Source of the DNA: an uncultured Anaerolineales bacterium
GTDB taxonomy: Bacteria > Chloroflexota > Anaerolineae > B4-G1 > SLSP01
Assembly: GCA_964437445.1 (NCBI GenBank)
Contig: CAYTGR010000014.1
Coordinates: 3,812-67,811, forward strand
Direction of reading: 5' to 3'
DNA length: 64,000 nucleotides
In this document: one piece after another, positions 57,746 through 64,000 of the stretch
Position numbering within the stretch: the first letter of the stretch is position 1
Layout: each line of letters begins with the position of its first letter
The notes under the pieces: model-generated
Told to the model about the DNA's origin: nothing
The model's input: the letters and a program-made list of their open reading frames with translations, nothing else
Database searches by the model: none
Position numbers and translations under genes: made by a program

Positions 57746-58159
57746 CGGCGACGGCCGGGTGGCAGCCGCAACCTTGACCTTCAGGCAGCCACCCATCCTA
57801 CGAGCAAACTCTTTTCACTACCGCGGGCGCTGAGTTTTCCTGGCGCTCTACCTCCTAACACCGAACGGACAGGCGCGGTGCCGCGAGTAGAATAGCCGGC
57901 TCCCACAACCGTGCCACTGCCAGGCGGGTTACGTTCCCACTACAAGATCGCACAAGTGCGTGTATAATAAAAGTATGCCCGTTTCAAACTGGGTAACCCA
58001 GATCAGCCAGTCACAGAGTTTACCGGCCAACCGGTAAGGGTTTCCCCGACACAGGGATAACCCCGGCGGCTGGAGACCACTGATTGACGAGGGGCCCATC
58101 CCATAGCGTGCGCCGGGTTGACCAGCGCAAGGTCGCCAGCATAAGGTGAGGAACCGTCC

Positions 58160-61100
58160 ATGAGAGATCTGGCCATCACGCTCCTCCTGATTGAAGATGA
58201 CCTGGCGGATGCCCGGTTGATTCGCACGCTGCTGGCGGAAGTCAACGCGGCCGAGCCCGCGCTGCTGCACACCAAGCTTCACGAAGCCTCCACCCTTGCG
58301 GCCGGGCTGGAACGACTGGCCGCCGGCGACATCCAGCTGACCTTGCTGGATTTGACCTTGCCCGACAGCGACGGCTCCGCAGCTTTCACCCAGGTCTTGC
58401 AGAGCTACCCCAACGTCCCCTTGATTGTGCTGACCGGTGTGACCGATGACGCCCTGGCTGTGTCCGCCGTTCGCGCCGGGGCCCAGGACTATCTGAGCAA
58501 AACCGGGCTCAGTGGGCCACTACTGGCACGGGCCATCCGTTATGCCGTGGAACGCCAGCACATCCTAACCGAGCTCCTCCAGAGCGAGCAACGCTTCCGT
58601 GCCCTGGTGGAAAACGTCTCCGACATTATCCTGGTACTGAACCCCGACCGGACCATCCGCTATGCCAGCCCGGCGGTGGAACGCCTCACCGGCCACCCGC
58701 CGGCAACGTGGGAAGGCCAGGACCTGCTCAGGATCCTCGCCCCGGAAGAGCAGGAACCGTTGGCCCTGCTCTTCAACCACCTCCTTCAGCACCCCGGTCT
58801 AACGCTGCCGGTCTCGGCACGGTTGGCACACGGCAGCACCTGGCGAACGGTAGAAGGGGTGGCCCACAACCTGCTGGCCGATCCGGCAGTGGACGGAATT
58901 ATCCTGAGCCTGCACGACGTCACCCGGCGCGTGCAGGCTGAAGTGGCCCTGGCCCACTCCCGCGATTTTTATCTGACCCTGTTTAACCATCTGCCCACCC
59001 TGATCTGGCGCTCCGGTCCCGATGCCAAGTGCACCTACGTCAACCAGACCGCCCTGGCCTTCACCGGCCGTTCCTCAGAGGCAGTGCGGGGCGACGGGTG
59101 GTTGAGCGACCTGCATCCTCAAGATCAGCAACGCTGCCTGGAGACCTACCTGGAAGCTTTCCTGGCCCGCCAGCCCTACACCATAGAATACCGCCTCCGC
59201 CGTCACGACGGCCAATACCGCCATGTCCTGGAGGTGGGACAGCCCTACGCCGACATGGACGGTCTCTTTGCCGGCTACCTCCGCTCGGCCTACGACATTA
59301 CCGAACGTTACCAGGCGGAAGAGCTGCAAGCCTTCCTGGCGGCCATCGTCACCTCTTCGGACAACGCCATCATCGGCAAAACGCTGGCGGGGGAAATTCG
59401 CAGCTGGAACGCCGGTGCTGAACGCATCTACGGTTACTCAGCCGCCGAAGCCATCGGCCGTCCGGTGACCATGCTCCTCGCCCCCGACCGGCCCGCGGAG
59501 GTCCAGCAAATTCTGGCCCGGATCCGCCAGGGGGAACGGGTAGAACACTATGAAACAGTTCGCCGCCGCAAGGACGGCACGGCCGTCATCGTTTCCCTGA
59601 CGACCTCGCCCATCTACAACGCGGCCGGGGAAATTGTCGGCGCTTCCACCATCGCGCACGACATCACCGCCCGCCGGCAAATGGAGCAGGCCCTGCACGA
59701 GAGCGAGGCCAGATTTCGCAGCATCGTAGAACAACTGCACGACGGTATCGTCATTACCAACCCGGAAGGGCGCATTTTAGAGTGGAACCCTGGCGAAGAA
59801 CGGCTCACCGGTATCCCCAGAGCCGAGGCCATCGGACGCTATATCTGGGAGCTGCAATGGCAGCTCGCCACCGAAGAACGCCGGGCCATCCTCACCTATG
59901 AAAGTTACGTGGCAAAGGTCAAAGAGTTCTACACCCAGGAGCAGGTCACCTGGCCTACCCAGCCCCAGGAAGCCGTCATCCGCCACCGTGATGGCAGCCA
60001 GCGCATTATCCAAACTCTGATTTTCCCCTTGCTCACCGCCCAGGGATTGGGTGTGGGCAGTGTCAGCCATGACATCACCGCGCAAAAAAAGGCCGAACAG
60101 GCCCTGCGGGAATCTGAGGAGCTCTACCGCAAGCTGGTCAGCACCTCGCCGGATGGCATCGTCCTCACCGATTTAGAGGGTGCTATCCTCTATCTTTCGC
60201 CGCGTACGCTGGCACTCTTCAACGCGACGCAGGCGGAAGGGGCCCTGGGCCATAATGTCCTGGAATGGATAAGCCCGGAAGATCGTCCCCGGGCGGCGGC
60301 CGATCTCCAAGCCGTCAGCCAGACCCCCCGGGTGGGCCAGACATACACGTTGGTGCGGCGGGATGGCAGCCGGTTCTATGGCGAGATCACCGCCGCCGCC
60401 GTGCTGGATGCCACCGGCCGCCCCTACCGGATCATCTCCACCGTCCGCGACGTCACCGAACGGGTGCACAGGGAGGCCGCCCTCCGCGCCAGCGAGGCCC
60501 AATTGCGCAGCATGATTGACCAATCCCACGACAGTATCATCCTGTGCGACGAGCAAGGCTTGATTGTGGAATGGAACCGGGCCCAGGAACAATTGAGCGG
60601 TCTGCCGCGCGCTCGCGCTCTCGGCCGGTATGCCTGGGACGTGATGTTTGAAATGGCATCCTCTGAAATGCGAACGCCTGAGGCTTACACCCGGCTCAAA
60701 GCTGATTTCATGGCCACCCTGGCAACCGGCCGGCCCCCCTGGTCCGAACCGCTCCATGAGCAGCTCATCCAGCGGCCCGACGGCAGCCGGCGCAGCGCAG
60801 AACTCCGCGTCTTTCCCATTCGTACCGACAGCGGATTCATGATATGCAGCATTAGCCGGGACATCACCGAACGCAAAAGGGCCGAGGAGGCGTGGCGTGA
60901 AAGCGAAGCCCGTTTCCGCAGCCTGTTTGAACATTCTCCCCTGGCGTTGGGACAATACGACGCCGAGGGCCGGCTGCTGGCGATGAATCCGGCCGGGCTA
61001 CGCCTGTTCGGGGCGACCGATCTGGCCGCGGCCCAGGCGACGCTGCCCTTGGCCGCCCTCAACGTCCCGCCGGCAGCGCTGCAACAGGGCCAACCGGTCC

Positions 61101-61630
61101 GGTATGAAATGGCGCTTGAGATAGGCCAGGCGCAGGGACCGGGTCTGCCAACGGCCCCCGGTAAGCTCAGCCGTCTGGATGTTCAAATCACTCCCCTCAC
61201 CGGGCCAGACCGCGGCTATCTGGTGCAAATCCAGGACGTCACCGAGCAACGCGCCGTTGAGGAGCAGGTCTGGTTCCAGGCGCACCTGCTGGATAAGGTA
61301 CAGGAGGCCATTATCGCTACCGACCTGCAGGGCCGGATCATCTACTGGAATCGTGCCACAGAAACACTGTACGGCTGGTCGGCGGCCGAGCTGTTGCACC
61401 GGGACGTGGCCGAGTTGATCGTGCCGCACCACGAGACGGCGAGGCTGCGCGCCGTGTTGAAACAGCTGGCCCAGGGCGGCACCTGGTCAGGAGAAATCCA
61501 CATCCGGCGCAAGGAGGGCAGCCCGGTGTTAGTGTTACTCACGGCCGGCCCGCTGGACAACGAAGCCGGGCAGCAGATCGGTATCATCAGCCTCGCCACC
61601 GACATCAGTAAGTACCCCAGGGAGGAGTAG
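58160..61630 (+). CDS. Response regulator with REC domain followed by an array of ~8 PAS/PAC domains, no recognisable output domain
   Basis: REC is LLLIEDDLADARL…LLDLTLPDSDG…LTGV…YLSKT. It is followed by repeated PAS/PAC signatures (DIT[AE]R[KR]Q[AM]E). The ORF ends without a kinase, GGDEF or HTH domain. Confidence 0.8.
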   Translation: MRDLAITLLLIEDDLADARLIRTLLAEVNAAEPALLHTKLHEASTLAAGLERLAAGDIQLTLLDLTLPDSDGSAAFTQVLQSYPNVPLIVLTGVTDDALAVSAVRAGAQDYLSKTGLSGPLLARAIRYAVERQHILTELLQSEQRFRALVENVSDIILVLNPDRTIRYASPAVERLTGHPPATWEGQDLLRILAPEEQEPLALLFNHLLQHPGLTLPVSARLAHGSTWRTVEGVAHNLLADPAVDGIILSLHDVTRRVQAEVALAHSRDFYLTLFNHLPTLIWRSGPDAKCTYVNQTALAFTGRSSEAVRGDGWLSDLHPQDQQRCLETYLEAFLARQPYTIEYRLRRHDGQYRHVLEVGQPYADMDGLFAGYLRSAYDITERYQAEELQAFLAAIVTSSDNAIIGKTLAGEIRSWNAGAERIYGYSAAEAIGRPVTMLLAPDRPAEVQQILARIRQGERVEHYETVRRRKDGTAVIVSLTTSPIYNAAGEIVGASTIAHDITARRQMEQALHESEARFRSIVEQLHDGIVITNPEGRILEWNPGEERLTGIPRAEAIGRYIWELQWQLATEERRAILTYESYVAKVKEFYTQEQVTWPTQPQEAVIRHRDGSQRIIQTLIFPLLTAQGLGVGSVSHDITAQKKAEQALRESEELYRKLVSTSPDGIVLTDLEGAILYLSPRTLALFNATQAEGALGHNVLEWISPEDRPRAAADLQAVSQTPRVGQTYTLVRRDGSRFYGEITAAAVLDATGRPYRIISTVRDVTERVHREAALRASEAQLRSMIDQSHDSIILCDEQGLIVEWNRAQEQLSGLPRARALGRYAWDVMFEMASSEMRTPEAYTRLKADFMATLATGRPPWSEPLHEQLIQRPDGSRRSAELRVFPIRTDSGFMICSISRDITERKRAEEAWRESEARFRSLFEHSPLALGQYDAEGRLLAMNPAGLRLFGATDLAAAQATLPLAALNVPPAALQQGQPVRYEMALEIGQAQGPGLPTAPGKLSRLDVQITPLTGPDRGYLVQIQDVTEQRAVEEQVWFQAHLLDKVQEAIIATDLQGRIIYWNRATETLYGWSAAELLHRDVAELIVPHHETARLRAVLKQLAQGGTWSGEIHIRRKEGSPVLVLLTAGPLDNEAGQQIGIISLATDISKYPREE

Positions 61631-61801
61631 AAGCAGCACAGCAGGGTATCTAAAGGTGGCTGCCGAGGGCGCCCAAAATCAGGCCCGACGCCGGGAGCCG
61701 CCCGCCCCATATCCAACGCCTGGGGAGTATCCCGGCCGTTGGACATGCAGACCCTCACACACCCGTCCAGGGGAGCCTCAAGTCAGGATGAGGAGTCGCC
61801 T

Positions 61802-64000
61802 ATGAGCCAGGAAATCGCGGATCAGCAATCGGACGAAGCGCAGCACGCGCAAGCGTTGGCTGCCAGCGAAGGCCGCTTCCGGATGCTGGCCGAGAGCAGC
61901 CAGGACGGGGTCCTCATCACTGACGGTGAGGGCTGCATCCTCTACGCCAACCCGGCGGCCGCGGCCCTGCTCGGCCATCCTCAGGCCGAACTGTTGGGAC
62001 AACCGTGCGGTTTTCCCCTCACCCCAGCACCGAGCGGCCCACTCTCGCTCCCGCCAGGCAACGGCCGGCTCCAGCTGGTTGATGTCCACCTCAGCGAAAC
62101 CGGTTGGAACAACGCGCCGGCCTGGCTGGTTCTGCTGCGCCCCCGGCCGCCCCTGCCCATCTCGGTTGCGCCGGAGCAGCACTTTGCCCCACCGCCGCCG
62201 TCAGTGGAACCGGCAACCTTGCGCTTCACCGACATTGTAAACACGGCCCGGCTCCAACAGCTGATGGGACTCTTCTACCAGGCCACACAAATTCCCATCG
62301 GGATCATTGATGTAGACGGCACCGTCCTGGTTGGCTCCGGCTGGCAGGAGATCTGCACACGTTTCCACCGTGTTCATCCGGTGACGGCAGCCCGGTGCCG
62401 GGAGAGCGATGCCTACATCCAATCCCACCTGAACGCAGGGAAATACGTCCAGTACAAATGTCAAAACGGCCTCTGGGATATAGCCATTCCCATCATAGTG
62501 GAAGGCCGGCAGCTGGCCACTCTGTTTGTTGGCCAGTTCTTCTATGCCGACGAACAGCCCGATGAAGCGTTCTTCCGTGCCCAGGCAGAGCAATTCGGCT
62601 TTGACGTGGAGGCCTATCTGGCCGCGCTCAAACGGATTCGGGTTTTCACCCGCGAGCAAATTCACCACATCATGGAGTACTACGCCGAGTTTGCACGCCT
62701 GCTCGCCGAACTGGGCCATAAGAATCTCCTGTTGGCCCGCGACATGGCCCGGCGCCAGCAGGCCGAACTGGCGCTGTCGGAGACTGAACAGCGCTTTCGC
62801 GCCCTCATTGAGCACGCCACCGATATCATCATCGTCATCGGGCCAGACCGGCAGATCCATTACGTGAGTCCCTCGGTGAAATGGATTCTGGGCTACGACC
62901 CCGACCAGGCGACTCAGTCCAATTGGTTGGCTATCCTGGCCCCCGAGGAAATAGCCAAAATCCGCCTGGTCGCCGCCCAAGCGCTCCAGCACCCGGAATT
63001 GTCTTTCCCCATTGAAGTACAGGTGCGCCACCGCGACGGCTCCTGGCGCGTGCTGGAAGGAACCGTGCAAAGCCGCTTGGAAGACCCGGTAGTGAACGGC
63101 ACCATCGTCATCCTCAACGACGCGACCCACCATCGGCGGACCGAGGCCGCGCTGAGCCGGGCCCGCGACTTCTATCTCTCATTATTGGATAAGTTCCCCA
63201 GTCCGATCTGGCGCACCACGCCCAACGGCAAGGTCAATTACGTCAATCAGGCCTGGATGGAGCTCACCGGCTACTCGCTTGAACAGGCCCGGGGCGACGG
63301 CTGGCTGGAAGCCCTCCACCCTGAGGACCAGCAATACTGCCTGGAAACCTACCTGGAAGCCTTTCACGCCCGGCAGCCCATTGAATTAGAATATCGCCTG
63401 CGTCGCCACGATGGCACTTACCGCCGGGTGTTGGACCTGGCCCACCCTTTCACCGACCTGGAAGGGCAATTTGCCGGCTACCTGGGCATCATCTACGACC
63501 TGACCGAGCGTTACGAGGCCGGGCGGGCACTCCAGGAGAGCCGGGATCTGCTAAACAGCATCTTCAGGGCCGCGCCGGTGGGGATCGGGTTGACCGCCGA
63601 CCGGGTGATACTGGAAGCGAATGACCGGCTCTGTGCGATGGTGGGCTATACCCGCGAGGAACTGGTGGGAAAGAGCGCCCGCCTGCTCTATCCCACCCAG
63701 GAAGAATTTGAGTGGGTCGGCACGGAAAAATACCGGCAGATCGCCGAACGGGGTACTGGCACCGTGGAAACCCGTTGGATTACCCAGGGAGGACAGCTGC
63801 TGAACGTCCTGCTGAGCTCAACGCCACTGGATCCGCACGATCTAAGCAAAGGAGTTACCTTCACCGCGTTAGACATCACCGCGCGCAAACAGACGGAAGC
63901 GGCACTCCAGGCCAGCGAGGCCCAATATCGCCTGCTGGCAGAATCCATCAACGACGTAGTCAGTCTGGTAGACCTGGAAACGACACTCTTATACATGAGT
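61802..64000 (+). CDS. PAS–PocR–multi-PAS sensor protein, 3'-truncated by the window end (likely a sensor kinase)
   Basis: Open reading frame from the ATG at 61802 to the window end with no stop; I translated it manually. It is absent from the ORF track because it has no in-window stop. A PocR-like sensory domain (IGIIDVDGTVL…ICTRF…CRESD…YKCQNGLWDIAIPI…GQFF) is flanked by PAS domains. One of these is a close paralogue of a PAS domain in the 58160-61630 protein (…IWR[ST].P[DN][AG]K..YVNQ…GDGWL..LHP[QE]DQQ.CLETYLEAF.ARQP…EYRLRRHDG.YR.VL…). Confidence 0.7.
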   Translation, partial: MSQEIADQQSDEAQHAQALAASEGRFRMLAESSQDGVLITDGEGCILYANPAAAALLGHPQAELLGQPCGFPLTPAPSGPLSLPPGNGRLQLVDVHLSETGWNNAPAWLVLLRPRPPLPISVAPEQHFAPPPPSVEPATLRFTDIVNTARLQQLMGLFYQATQIPIGIIDVDGTVLVGSGWQEICTRFHRVHPVTAARCRESDAYIQSHLNAGKYVQYKCQNGLWDIAIPIIVEGRQLATLFVGQFFYADEQPDEAFFRAQAEQFGFDVEAYLAALKRIRVFTREQIHHIMEYYAEFARLLAELGHKNLLLARDMARRQQAELALSETEQRFRALIEHATDIIIVIGPDRQIHYVSPSVKWILGYDPDQATQSNWLAILAPEEIAKIRLVAAQALQHPELSFPIEVQVRHRDGSWRVLEGTVQSRLEDPVVNGTIVILNDATHHRRTEAALSRARDFYLSLLDKFPSPIWRTTPNGKVNYVNQAWMELTGYSLEQARGDGWLEALHPEDQQYCLETYLEAFHARQPIELEYRLRRHDGTYRRVLDLAHPFTDLEGQFAGYLGIIYDLTERYEAGRALQESRDLLNSIFRAAPVGIGLTADRVILEANDRLCAMVGYTREELVGKSARLLYPTQEEFEWVGTEKYRQIAERGTGTVETRWITQGGQLLNVLLSSTPLDPHDLSKGVTFTALDITARKQTEAALQASEAQYRLLAESINDVVSLVDLETTLLYMS

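Noticed and set aside
62201-63133. 310-aa minus-strand ORF listed in the track
   Set aside because: It is antisense to the long open PocR-PAS frame starting at 61802. The sense frame encodes recognisable PAS/PocR domains; the antisense one encodes nothing recognisable.
1-64000. CRISPR arrays, rRNA/tRNA genes, IS elements/transposases, integrases
   Set aside because: No spacer-interleaved direct repeats, no tRNA-like cloverleaf sequences in the intergenic spacers, and no transposase or integrase-like ORFs were seen. The tandem repeats present are 7-9 nt units, not CRISPR-like.

Overview
This is a high-GC (~65%) bacterial chromosomal segment. The domain architectures are reminiscent of Chloroflexota, which is an inference and cannot be verified without a search.

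The first ~35 kb is mostly housekeeping and metabolic genes:
- A DUF433/DUF5615 toxin-antitoxin-like pair.
- A tungsten-type aldehyde:ferredoxin oxidoreductase next to an Fe-alcohol dehydrogenase.
- An SCP2 protein next to an alpha-oxoamine synthase.
- yraN, an M20 peptidase and miaA.
- groES-groEL behind a sigma70 promoter flanked by two CIRCE operators.
- A dtxR–feoAB–feoC iron-uptake operon.
- yceD-like, rpoD and metG.
- A PMT-like polytopic membrane protein fused to an NHL beta-propeller.
- A CDP-alcohol phosphatidyltransferase, two GNAT acetyltransferases and an orphan hypF.
- An MFS transporter and a membrane-anchored protein with four tandem PA14 domains.
- A Ser/Thr kinase operon (ACT protein–STK–pcm).

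From ~35.5 kb to the window end lies a very dense signal-transduction island:
- Two single-domain REC proteins.
- A threonine-synthase-like PLP enzyme fused to two REC domains.
- A REC–adenylate cyclase.
- A 2828-aa multi-PAS/GAF histidine kinase with near-identical internal DNA repeats.
- A triple-REC protein.
- An OmpR-type regulator.
- A 1502-aa MEDS–PAS–GAF histidine kinase.
- A REC–PAS-array protein.
- A PAS–PocR–PAS sensor ORF that runs off the window end. It is absent from the ORF track because it has no stop inside the window.

Several families of short repeats are scattered through the intergenic regions: REP-like palindromes, GTGAGCAGTGA elements, and heptamer/octamer/nonamer tandem repeats. 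No rRNA, tRNA, CRISPR array or obvious mobile element was seen.
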